Below the pieces are notes generated by a model. The model did not search any database and was not told the DNA's origin. It worked only from the letters and a program-made list of their open reading frames with translations. Positions 1 through 7,980 of a stretch of DNA of 32,000 nt are shown here, piece after piece. Source of the stretch: Mycolicibacterium smegmatis. Lineage in GTDB: Bacteria; Actinomycetota; Actinomycetes; Mycobacteriales; Mycobacteriaceae. The stretch's first letter is position 1; each line of letters starts with the position of its first letter. Position numbers and translations under genes: made by a program. The DNA is taken from NCBI RefSeq assembly GCF_001457595.1, contig NZ_LN831039.1, forward strand, positions 1,590,001 to 1,622,000, written 5' to 3'.

Positions 1-495
1 GATGCCGGGGTTCTCGCCCCACGGTGCCGACGTGAGCGCCTGCGGTATGCGGAAACCGAACACATCGTCGAGCAACTGGTTGAGGTAGCCGCCCCAGCCG
101 ATCGAGGTCGCCGACATCGAGACGCCGTACTCCAGGAGCAGGCAGGCCGCCACACCCATTGCCACGAACTCGCCCATCGTGGTGTAGGCGTAGGAGTACG
201 TCGACCCCGAAACCGGCACGGCCGAGGCCATCTCGGCGTAACACAGCGCCGACAGACCGGCCGCGACACCCGCCAGGACGAACGAGACGAGCACCGCCGG
301 ACCGGCCTCCGGCACGGCTTCCTGCAGCACCAGGAATATGCCGGTGCCCACGGTCGCGCCGACGCCGAACAGCGTCAGCTGGAAGGTGCCGATACTTCGC
401 TTGAGATGATCGGACGCACCGTGGGCGACCGGGGCGCCGATGACGGGCCGGCGTCGCATCATCTGACCGGCCATGCTGGTGGGCGGGGCTAACAT
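1..495 (-). CDS. APC-family amino acid permease (rocE-like), 3' part runs off the window
   Basis: Minus-strand frame from ATG at 495 reads MLAPPTSMAGQMMRRRPVIG...SDHLKRSIGTFQLTLFGVGATVGTGIFLVLQEAVPEAGPAVLVSFVLAGVAAGLSALCYAEMASAVPVSGSTYSYAYTTMGEF, typical of the APC N-terminus (GVGATVGTGIF, CYAE, PVSGSTYSYAY). Adjacent to rocD. Confidence 0.88.
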   Translation of the reverse strand, partial: MLAPPTSMAGQMMRRRPVIGAPVAHGASDHLKRSIGTFQLTLFGVGATVGTGIFLVLQEAVPEAGPAVLVSFVLAGVAAGLSALCYAEMASAVPVSGSTYSYAYTTMGEFVAMGVAACLLLEYGVSMSATSIGWGGYLNQLLDDVFGFRIPQALTSAPWGENPGI

Positions 496-522
496 GGTGC
501 CTCCTAGGTGCCGATCAAGCGA

Positions 523-1791
523 TTATCGGCGCACCTCCGCCAGGGTGTCGGCGAATCGGTCAACCGCCCAATCGATCTCTTCGGACGTGACGACCAGCGG
601 CGGGGCGAACCGCAGCGTCGAACCGTGTGTGTCCTTGACCAGGACGCCGCGCTCGGCGAGCGCCACGCTGAGTTCCTTGCCGGTGCCGAGCGCCGGATCG
701 ATGTCCACCCCGGCCCACAGCCCCCGGCCCCGCACCGCGAGCACCCCGCGGCCGATCAGGTCCTGCAGGCGCGCGTGCAGGTGCGCACCGAGTTCGGTTG
801 AGCGCTGCTGGAACTCACCACGCCTGAGCATGGCCACCACGGTGCTGCCGATCGCCGTGGCCAGCGGGTTGCCGCCGAACGTCGACCCGTGCTCACCGGG
901 GTGCAACACGCCGAGCACGTCGCGGTCGGCGACCACGGCCGACAGCGGCACCACGCCGCCGCCGAGGGCCTTGCCCAGCAGATAGACGTCGGGCACCACG
1001 CCCCAGTGTTCGCACGCAAAGGTGCGGCCGGTGCGCGCCAGGCCGGACTGGATCTCGTCGGCGATCATCAGCACGTTGCGCTGCGTGCAGATCTCACGCA
1101 CCCGGGGCAGGAAGTCCGGCGGCGGCACGATGATGCCCGCCTCGCCCTGGATCGGTTCGAGGAGCACCGCGACCGTGTTGTCGTCGATGGCATCGGCCAC
1201 CGCGGCGGCGTCACCGAACGGCACGGACCGGAAACCGGGGGTGTACGGGCCGAACCCGCGGCGCGCGGTCTCGTCGTCGGAGAAGCTGATGATCGTGGTG
1301 GTGCGGCCGTGGAAGTTGTTGCGCGCCACCACGATGTTCGACTGGCCTGCTGCGACACCCTTGACGTCGGTGCCCCACTTGCGGGCCACCTTGATGCCGC
1401 TCTCGACGGCCTCGGCGCCGCTGTTCATCGGCAGGATCATGTCCTTGCCGCACAGTGTGGCCAGTGCTTGGGCGAACGGGCCGAGCTGATCGGAGTGGAA
1501 CGCGCGGCTCACCAGGGTCAGCCGGTCGAGCTGCGCGTGCGCGGTCGCGACGATCTCGGGATTGCGGTGCCCGAAGTTCACCGCCGAATAGGCGGCCAGG
1601 CAGTCCAGGTAGCGACGGCCTGTCACGTCGGTGATCCAGACACCCTCGGCGCTCGCCGCCACCACGGGAAGCGGCGAGTAGTTGTGCGCGACGTAGCGGT
1701 CGTCGAGTGCGATGGCCTCAGCGATGGAGGTGGCGGCCGCCCCGGCGTCGTGGGGGTCCAGGCCATGGTTCACGTTGTCCAGGATGGTCAT
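523..1791 (-). CDS. rocD: Ornithine--oxo-acid aminotransferase (class III PLP aminotransferase)
   Basis: ORF MTILDNVNHG...; motifs NHGHRNPE-type region, MNSGAEAVESGIKVARKWG, FHGRT, VLLEPIQGEAGI, LIADEIQSGLARTG, LLGKALGGG, STFGGNPLA. ATG at 1791 preferred over the longer ORF start at 1815, overlapping the upstream stop as ATGA. Confidence 0.93.
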   Translation of the reverse strand: MTILDNVNHGLDPHDAGAAATSIAEAIALDDRYVAHNYSPLPVVAASAEGVWITDVTGRRYLDCLAAYSAVNFGHRNPEIVATAHAQLDRLTLVSRAFHSDQLGPFAQALATLCGKDMILPMNSGAEAVESGIKVARKWGTDVKGVAAGQSNIVVARNNFHGRTTTIISFSDDETARRGFGPYTPGFRSVPFGDAAAVADAIDDNTVAVLLEPIQGEAGIIVPPPDFLPRVREICTQRNVLMIADEIQSGLARTGRTFACEHWGVVPDVYLLGKALGGGVVPLSAVVADRDVLGVLHPGEHGSTFGGNPLATAIGSTVVAMLRRGEFQQRSTELGAHLHARLQDLIGRGVLAVRGRGLWAGVDIDPALGTGKELSVALAERGVLVKDTHGSTLRFAPPLVVTSEEIDWAVDRFADTLAEVRR

Positions 1792-2675
1792 GGGTGCAGC
1801 TCCAATGTGCAGCATTTGACGGATCCGCCGCCTTTGAGGAGTTCGGTGAGGTCGACACCGATCGGTTCGAAGCCGGCGTGACGCAATTGCTCGGCGAAAC
1901 CCGTTGCCGCCGCCGGCATCACCACGTTCTTCCCGTCGGAAACCACGTTGAGACCGAGCACGTAGGCATCGGCGGTGGCCACCTCGATCGCGTCGGGGTA
2001 CAGCTCCTGCAGGCGACGACGCGAGTCGGGGCTGAAGGCCGGCGGGTAGTAGGCGACGGTGGTGTCGTCGAGCACCGCCAGCGCGGTGTCGAGGTGATAG
2101 AACCGCGGGTCGACAAGCTCAAGGCTGACGACCGGAAGCCCGGTGATCGCCGCGATCTCGTCGTACGCGCGGCGGTCGGTGCGGAACCCCCACCCGGCCA
2201 ACAGGTTCGGACCGACCAGCAGCAGGTCGCCCTGACCCTCGTTGACGTGCTGGGTGAAGACGGGGTCGAGCCCGAGGGCGGCCGCCCACTCGGCGTACGC
2301 GTCGGCCTCGGGTGCGCGCTGCGGGTAGGCGAAGCGCGCGATCACGGCCGTGCGCCCGACGATGAATCCGCCGTTGGCGGCGTAGACCATGTCGGGCAGG
2401 CCCGCCCGCGGCGGCACCAGGTCGACGGTGTGGCCGAGGTCGCGGTAGATGTCGTGCAGTGCGCGCCACTGGTCAAGCGCGCGTTGCGTGTCCACCGGGG
2501 TCGTGACGTCCATCCACGGATTGATGGCGTATTCGACGGTGAAGTGGTCGGGAGCGGTCATGGCGTAGTGGCGGACGGTGGACCTGCGTGCCGGCGGAGC
2601 GGCGACGTCAGCCGAGGGGCCGTGCTGATCCGGGCGGACACGGTCATTCCAGATGACATCGTCGGAAATCGTCAT
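1788..2675 (-). CDS. Amidinotransferase/arginine deiminase-superfamily hydrolase (Rv2323c-like, dimethylargininase/arginine dihydrolase-like)
   Basis: MTISDDVIWNDRVRPDQHG...AANGGFIVGRTAVIARFAYPQR...EGQGDLLLVGPNLLAG...LNVVSDGKNVVMPAAATGFAEQLRHAGFEPIGVDLTELLKGGGSVKCCTLELHP; GGGS..C catalytic Cys motif near the C-terminus. Sits between rocD and an AsnC regulator. Confidence 0.85.
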   Translation of the reverse strand: MTISDDVIWNDRVRPDQHGPSADVAAPPARRSTVRHYAMTAPDHFTVEYAINPWMDVTTPVDTQRALDQWRALHDIYRDLGHTVDLVPPRAGLPDMVYAANGGFIVGRTAVIARFAYPQRAPEADAYAEWAAALGLDPVFTQHVNEGQGDLLLVGPNLLAGWGFRTDRRAYDEIAAITGLPVVSLELVDPRFYHLDTALAVLDDTTVAYYPPAFSPDSRRRLQELYPDAIEVATADAYVLGLNVVSDGKNVVMPAAATGFAEQLRHAGFEPIGVDLTELLKGGGSVKCCTLELHP

Positions 2676-2782
2676 GATTCGACGATATGAACCCCTGATC
2701 ACGCAATCAATCGTGAGAACTTGCGCGATATACAGCGATATATTGCGTCTGGAACACATTCGCGTCGATTTCTTGCACAGGA

Positions 2783-3235
2783 GTGGATATGCCCCGGGTG
2801 GACGAGACGGACGAGCGGATTCTGGGCGTTCTCGCCGAGGATGCGCGGGCCACCTACGCCGAGATCGGAGCGCAGGTGAACCTGTCGGCCCCGGCGGTCA
2901 AGAGGCGTGTGGACCGCATGCTGGCCGACGGCGTCATCCGCGGTTTCACGACCGTCGTCGACCGCAACGTTCTGGGCTGGAACACCGAGGCGTACGTGCA
3001 GGTGTTCTGCCACGGCACCATCGCGCCCGACGAACTGCGGGCGGCGTGGGTGGACATCCCCGAGGTGGTCGGCGCGGCCACGGTCACCGGAACCGCCGAC
3101 GCCATCCTGCATGTGTTGGCCCGCGACATGCGCCACCTGGAGGAGGCACTGGAACGCATCCGGGCCTCGGCCGACATCGAGCGCAGCGAGAGCATCGTCG
3201 TCCTGTCGAACATCATCGAACGTGCACGTGGTTGA
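2783..3235 (+). CDS. AsnC/Lrp-family transcriptional regulator (start GTG 2783 or ATG 2789)
   Basis: VDETDERILGVLAEDARATYAEIGAQVNLSAPAVKRRVDRMLADGVIRGFTTVVDRNVLGWNTEAYVQVFC...: N-terminal HTH plus RAM-like C-terminal domain; divergent from the rocD operon. Confidence 0.9.
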   Translation: MDMPRVDETDERILGVLAEDARATYAEIGAQVNLSAPAVKRRVDRMLADGVIRGFTTVVDRNVLGWNTEAYVQVFCHGTIAPDELRAAWVDIPEVVGAATVTGTADAILHVLARDMRHLEEALERIRASADIERSESIVVLSNIIERARG

Positions 3236-3304
3236 CCATCAAGATCAATTGGTTAGCTGTGGGGTGACGCACACCTGCGCCTGTCGATCGTGTAAAAAGC
3301 CCTC

Positions 3305-4492
3305 GTGACCACTTCAGCGCATTCTGCGGGCATCGTGATCGTCGGTGGTGGCCTGGCCGCCACCCGGACTGCCGAACAGCTGCGCCGTTCGGAGTACGCC
3401 GGGCCGATCACCATCGTCAGCGACGAGGACCATCTGCCGTACGACCGTCCGCCGCTGTCGAAGGAAGTCCTGCGCGCGGAGAACGACGACGTCACGCTCA
3501 AGCCGGCCGAGTTCTACGAAGAGAACAACATCACCCTGCGGCTCGGGTCGGGTGCGCAGTCGGTGGACACGGCCGCCCAGACCGTCCGGCTTGCCGACGG
3601 CAGCGAACTTCCTTACGACGAACTCGTGATCGCCACCGGGCTGGTGCCCAAGCGGATCGGTTCGTTCCCCGATCTGCAGGGGATCCGTGTGCTGCGCACC
3701 TACGACGAGAGCATGGCGCTGCGTGAGGACGCCAGGAAGGCCTCGCGTGCCGTGGTGATCGGTGCCGGCTTCATCGGCTGTGAGGTCGCGGCGAGCCTGC
3801 GCAAGCTCGGTGTCGACGTGGTGCTGGTCGAACCGCAGCCGACCCCGCTGGCGTCGGTGCTGGGCGAGAAGATCGGTGCGCTGGTGACCCGCCTGCACCG
3901 GGCCGAGGGCGTCGACGTCCGCTGCGGCGTCGGCGTGACCGAGGTGCGCGGCACCCAGAACGTCGAGACCGTGGTGCTCGCCGACGGCACGGAACTGGAG
4001 GCCGACCTGGTGATCGTGGGCATCGGCTCACGCCCGTCGGTGGACTGGCTAAAAGGCAGCGGCATCGAGGTGGACAACGGTGTCGTGTGCGACGAGGTGG
4101 GACGCACGAGTGCGCCGCACGTGTGGGCGATCGGTGACGTCGCGTCATGGCGCGATCACGTGGGTGGTCAAGTGCGCGTTGAGCATTGGAGCAATGTCGC
4201 CGACCAGGCGCGTGCCATGGTGCCCGCGCTGCTGGGGCAGGAGGCCTCGGCCGTCGTGTCGGTGCCGTACTTCTGGAGCGACCAGTACGACGTCAAGATC
4301 CAGTGCCTCGGCGAGCCGGAATCCGACGACACCGTCCACATCGTCGAGGACGACGGTCGCAAGTTCCTGGCCTACTACGAGCGTGACGGCGTGCTCGTCG
4401 GCGTGGTCGGCGGCGGCATGCCCGGCAAGGTCATGAAGACCCGCGGCAAGATCGCCGCCGGTGCGCCAATTGCCGAGGTCCTCGGCGGCTGA
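3305..4492 (+). CDS. FAD-dependent NAD(P)H-ferredoxin reductase
   Basis: VIVGGGLAATRTAEQLRRSEYAGPITIVSDEDHLPYDRPPLSKEVL (FAD-binding GxGxxG), ATGLVPKRI, VVIGAGFIGCEVAASLRKLGVDVVLVE, PHVWAIGDVASW. Confidence 0.92.
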   Translation: MTTSAHSAGIVIVGGGLAATRTAEQLRRSEYAGPITIVSDEDHLPYDRPPLSKEVLRAENDDVTLKPAEFYEENNITLRLGSGAQSVDTAAQTVRLADGSELPYDELVIATGLVPKRIGSFPDLQGIRVLRTYDESMALREDARKASRAVVIGAGFIGCEVAASLRKLGVDVVLVEPQPTPLASVLGEKIGALVTRLHRAEGVDVRCGVGVTEVRGTQNVETVVLADGTELEADLVIVGIGSRPSVDWLKGSGIEVDNGVVCDEVGRTSAPHVWAIGDVASWRDHVGGQVRVEHWSNVADQARAMVPALLGQEASAVVSVPYFWSDQYDVKIQCLGEPESDDTVHIVEDDGRKFLAYYERDGVLVGVVGGGMPGKVMKTRGKIAAGAPIAEVLGG

Positions 4493-4499
4493 CGCCGCA

Positions 4500-4552
4500 G
4501 CGATTTGTGGAGTTTTACCGGCGCTCAGCGCACGGAAAACTCCACAAATCGC
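4500..4552. terminator. Near-perfect inverted repeat (17-bp arms) between convergent genes; probable bidirectional terminator
   Basis: GCGATTTGTGGAGTTTT (4500-4516) / AAAACTCCACAAATCGC (4536-4552), with an inner GCGC-tca-GCGC stem. Lies between stops at 4492 (+) and 4557 (-). Confidence 0.75.
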
Positions 4553-4556
4553 CTAC

Positions 4557-5840
4557 TCAGAACTCGCCCAGATAGAAGCGGGCGCCCTGATCGTCGGTGC
4601 ATTCGGCCATCAGCCCGTACGGTTGCCGCGCCGGTGCGCTGATCACTGTGCCGCCGGCCTCGCGTACGCGCGTGACCGCGGCGTCGATGTCGGCGACGGT
4701 CCACATGGGCACCGTTGTGGCGCGGTCGCTTCCACCGGCCATGCCCGACATCGGTTGGCAGTTCTGCACGCCCCAGCCGTCGGCGATACGGCCCGGTTCG
4801 AACGTCCAGGACAGGACGTGGCCGTAGAACTCCTTGAACGCCGCGGAATCCGGCACGTTGTAGGTGATGTACGAAAGTGACCCGGGCCCAGTGCCGTTGA
4901 CCGCAGGCCGCGGTGTGCCCGGTACGGGCTCGAACACCGCGAACGCCGTACCCGCCGGATCGGTCGCGTCCAGCACGGTTCCGAACTCGGACTCCCGCAC
5001 CTCGCCGGGCGTGCCGCCACCGGCGGTGATCGCCCGGCGGGCCGCGTCCAGATCGTCGACGGCGTAACAGCAGAACATCGTGGGTGCTCCCGCGACACTG
5101 AAGATGCCGATGTGCTCCTGCGTGTTGGTGACCTGACGGGTGGCCGGGTCGTAGGTCCAGCCGAGGACGTGTCCGTAGAACGCGGCGGCCCGGTCGGCGT
5201 CGGGCACCCACACCGAGACGTAGCCGACGTCACCGTGCCGGATCGCCTCGACCGGTACGCGAACACCCACCGGCCCGGACAGCATCCAGCGGTGACCGGA
5301 CGGGTCGATGAAGGTGGCATTGCGCGTGCCGTGGTCCTCGTACGGTTCGCGCTGCACCCGGGCGCCATGTGCCGCGGCCCGCGCGAGCGCGGCGTCGGTG
5401 TCAGGTACCGACAACATGAGGCTCACCGAGACAGCGTTGGGTGCAGGGGCTTTCAGGCCGATTTCGGGGAATTCGTCGGCGAGGTAGAGCACGCCGCCTG
5501 CGAGCAACAGTTCGGCGTGGCCGATGCGTCCGTCGTCCATCACGATCGGATCGCCGAGCACACGTGCGCCGAGTGCGTCGACGTAGAAACCGATGGCCGC
5601 GCGGGCGTCGGCGACGGTGAGGTAGGAGATCACCGCAGGGCGCGGCGCCGCCTGCGACGGCGACTTGAGTTCTGCGATGGCGGTATCGGTGCCGGTCATG
5701 ACGACTCCTTCGGTTCGGTTGGGGAGTGTGAGTGCCGCCTCCAGACGTGCGCGCAACCGCGCCACGAACTCCGGGTCCGGGGCAACCGGAGGCTCGTCGT
5801 GCTGGTGCAGCACGGTCAGCGGGTCGTGATCTGCGTTCAC
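4557..5840 (-). CDS. Protein with three VOC (glyoxalase/bleomycin resistance-type) domains
   Basis: GTG start at 5840 (VNADHDPLTVLHQHDEPPVAPDPEFVARLRARLEAALTLPNRTEG...). Three repeats: VISYLTVADARAAIGFYVDALGARV..., GDVGYVSVWVPDADRAAAFYGHVLGWTY..., GSLSYITYNVPDSAAFKEFYGHVLSWTF.... Start overlaps the sigma-factor stop, so the 539-aa ORF to 6176 is over-extended. Confidence 0.85.
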   Translation of the reverse strand: MNADHDPLTVLHQHDEPPVAPDPEFVARLRARLEAALTLPNRTEGVVMTGTDTAIAELKSPSQAAPRPAVISYLTVADARAAIGFYVDALGARVLGDPIVMDDGRIGHAELLLAGGVLYLADEFPEIGLKAPAPNAVSVSLMLSVPDTDAALARAAAHGARVQREPYEDHGTRNATFIDPSGHRWMLSGPVGVRVPVEAIRHGDVGYVSVWVPDADRAAAFYGHVLGWTYDPATRQVTNTQEHIGIFSVAGAPTMFCCYAVDDLDAARRAITAGGGTPGEVRESEFGTVLDATDPAGTAFAVFEPVPGTPRPAVNGTGPGSLSYITYNVPDSAAFKEFYGHVLSWTFEPGRIADGWGVQNCQPMSGMAGGSDRATTVPMWTVADIDAAVTRVREAGGTVISAPARQPYGLMAECTDDQGARFYLGEF

Positions 5841-6361
5841 GGCGCTCCTCCTTCCGACTGTGAGTCCCGTGGGTACTGCGCTCGAAATGCCTTGCGGGCC
5901 CGTACCAGAAGGGCCTCGGTGGCGTGCACTGTGCGACCGATGAGCTCGGCGCACTCGGGCACCGAACAGTCGTCCATGTAGCGCAGCGCGAGTACGGTGC
6001 GATGCTGCTCGGGTAACCGTGCCAGCACAGCCTCGGCGACGATGCGGTCCACGGCGGCGTCCCAGTTGTCGGCCGGGTCGTCCGGTTCGGGCAGTTCCGC
6101 CACGGGAACGCTGAACCGGTCGTGCCTGCGGCGGTAGTGGTCGGCGAGCTTGTGCCGTGCCACGCCGATCAGCCACGGCACCGTCATGGGCGGCGGCGAC
6201 GGTTTGCGCGCGGCATCCATGGCCGCGAGGAACGTCTCAGACGTCAGATCCTCGGCGGTCCCGCGGTCACCGCAGCGCCGGACGAAGTATCCGTACACCA
6301 CCGGCAAGGCCTCGTCGTAGAGCCTCAGCAGTGCCCGCGGAGCATCTGTTTCGGCACTCAC
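5837..6361 (-). CDS. ECF-subfamily RNA polymerase sigma factor
   Basis: LYDEALPVVYGYFVRRCGDRGTAEDLTSETFLAAM (region 2), VPWLIGVARHKLADHYRRR, LPEQHRTVLALRYMDDCSVPECAELIGRTVHATEALLVRARKAFR (region 4). Confidence 0.92.
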   Translation of the reverse strand: MSAETDAPRALLRLYDEALPVVYGYFVRRCGDRGTAEDLTSETFLAAMDAARKPSPPPMTVPWLIGVARHKLADHYRRRHDRFSVPVAELPEPDDPADNWDAAVDRIVAEAVLARLPEQHRTVLALRYMDDCSVPECAELIGRTVHATEALLVRARKAFRAQYPRDSQSEGGAP

Positions 6362-6473
6362 ACCCTTATCGTCGCGTCAGGACGCCGAACTCCGACGGTC
6401 CTCGGGCGAAAATTTTCTCGAGCACCCGAAAAATGGCTCGCGACCGTGGCCGGTTTGGGCCAGGCTGGGTTCG

Positions 6474-7184
6474 ATGATCGAGCAATTCACGCGTGACGGA
6501 TTCGTCAAACTGACACGGGTCGTCGATGTCGAGGTCGCTGACGCGGCAAGGGAATTGCTGTGGGAGCGCATCGGTCTCTCACCGGACGGTCCGTGGACCG
6601 AGCCTGTGGTGTGGACCAACGACTTCACCAATGCGGGCCCGTTCGGCCGGCTGACCAGCAGTCCCGTGCTGATCGAAGCCCTCGATCAGCTGTGCGGACC
6701 CGGTGGATGGGTGCGGCGTTTCGTGCTGGGAAACATCCCCGTGCGTTTTCCGGTCCTGCCTGCCGCAGATGACCGGGGCTGGCACATCGACGCGAACACC
6801 CCCGTGGACGACGGCACCTGGGCGGTGACCGGCAGGCCGCACACCATGCTGCTGCTGACCCTGCTCTCAGAGGTGGGGCCCGACGACGCGCCGACGCGTA
6901 TCCGCGTGGGATCGCACCGCGACGCCGCGGCCGTGCTGGGCCCCGAACCCGTCGAATTCACGGCCTCGGGCCCGCTGCTGGACCGCGCGAGTGCGGACCG
7001 TCCGGTCGCAACGGCCACCGGGCAGGCAGGGGACATGTACCTGGTGCACCCGTTCACGGTGCATGCCGCCGACGAACACCGTGGCACGCGGCCACGTTTC
7101 ATGGCGCAGACGCCGATCATGCTGACCGAGCCGCTGAGTCCCGACCGTTCGGGACCGCTGGTCAGCGCCTGGCATCCCGAGTGA
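6474..7184 (+). CDS. Phytanoyl-CoA dioxygenase (PhyH)-family Fe(II)/2OG oxygenase-like protein
   Basis: MIEQFTRDGFVKLTRVVD..., DDRGWHIDANTPV (HxD), GDMYLVHPFTVHAADEHRGTRPRFMAQTPIML (distal His/Arg). Confidence 0.85.
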   Translation: MIEQFTRDGFVKLTRVVDVEVADAARELLWERIGLSPDGPWTEPVVWTNDFTNAGPFGRLTSSPVLIEALDQLCGPGGWVRRFVLGNIPVRFPVLPAADDRGWHIDANTPVDDGTWAVTGRPHTMLLLTLLSEVGPDDAPTRIRVGSHRDAAAVLGPEPVEFTASGPLLDRASADRPVATATGQAGDMYLVHPFTVHAADEHRGTRPRFMAQTPIMLTEPLSPDRSGPLVSAWHPE

Positions 7185-7787
7185 TCAGTGCGCGGGTTGC
7201 AGCGCATCCAGACCGGGGCGGGCCACCTCGAACGCGGCGGCGATGGCACCGCGAAGTGACACCGACTCGTCGGCCAGCCAGTTCTCGTAGGCCGACAGCG
7301 CGACGCCGAGCATCAGCCACGCCACGGTTTGCGGCATCAGATCCGTGGTGGACATGCCGAGGCGGTCGGCGACGTACTCGGCGATGACGGTACGCCAGCC
7401 GGCGTACATGGTCATCGAATACGCCTGCAGCTCTTCGGTTTCCAGGATCACGCGCATACGCTGCCGGTGCTCGGCCATCTCGTGGTCGGCGTAGGTGTTG
7501 AAGGTCAGCAGTGCCTCGCGCAGGGCGTCGCCGAGTGACACCTCGGAGCTGAGGGTCCTCAGCAGGTTCTGCAGGTGCTGCAGGTGTGAGTCGAAATCAC
7601 CCCACGGGATGGCGCTCTTGGAGGCGTAGTACCGGAACAGGGTCCGTCGCGAGATGCCCGCGGCGGCCGCGACGTCGTCGACGCTGACCGCGTCGAACCC
7701 TCGGGCCGCGAACAGATCGATCGCCACGCCGGCGATGTGGTCCTGCGTGGTGGAGCGGCGACGCCCCGCGCGGGAACCCTCGGACAT
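7185..7787 (-). CDS. mftR: TetR-family regulator of the mycofactocin locus
   Basis: [65 protein letters not shown]; divergent from and adjacent to mftA. Confidence 0.92.
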   Translation of the reverse strand: MSEGSRAGRRRSTTQDHIAGVAIDLFAARGFDAVSVDDVAAAAGISRRTLFRYYASKSAIPWGDFDSHLQHLQNLLRTLSSEVSLGDALREALLTFNTYADHEMAEHRQRMRVILETEELQAYSMTMYAGWRTVIAEYVADRLGMSTTDLMPQTVAWLMLGVALSAYENWLADESVSLRGAIAAAFEVARPGLDALQPAH

Positions 7788-7836
7788 CTCTCACACCCCC
7801 TCTTCCATTCTGGCACTCGATGCCATATATTTGCGA

Positions 7837-7857
7837 TCTCGATCACAACTGTCGAGA
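7837..7857. promoter_or_regulatory. Operator-like inverted repeat TCTCGA-N9-TCGAGA in the mftR/mftA intergenic region
   Basis: Direct reading: 7837 tctcga tcacaactg tcgaga 7857. A second repeat, TGGCA-ctcga-TGCCA, is at 7811-7825. Confidence 0.5.
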
Positions 7858-7882
7858 CCATACGCGACGAAAGGGAGTCCAC

Positions 7883-7978
7883 ATGGAACCGAATCAGCAC
7901 GTCGAGGCCGAGACCGAACTCGTCACCGAGACTCTCGTGGAAGAGGTCTCGATCGACGGTATGTGCGGGGTCTACTGA
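7883..7978 (+). CDS. mftA: Mycofactocin precursor peptide MftA, 31 aa
   Basis: ATG with upstream AAGGGAG; translation [32 protein letters not shown]-terminal IDGMCGVY is the family hallmark, with terminal Val-Tyr. Followed immediately by mftB and mftC. Confidence 0.97.
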   Translation: MEPNQHVEAETELVTETLVEEVSIDGMCGVY

Positions 7979-7980
7979 CC

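Noticed and set aside
889-1881. 330-aa plus-strand ORF antisense to rocD
   Set aside because: High-GC shadow ORF; rocD on the opposite strand has full family motifs, and the antisense translation is low-complexity with no domain.
5841-6176. N-terminal extension of the VOC protein ORF to 539 aa
   Set aside because: Would overlap most of the ECF sigma gene; GTG 5840 with stop/start overlap is the parsimonious start.
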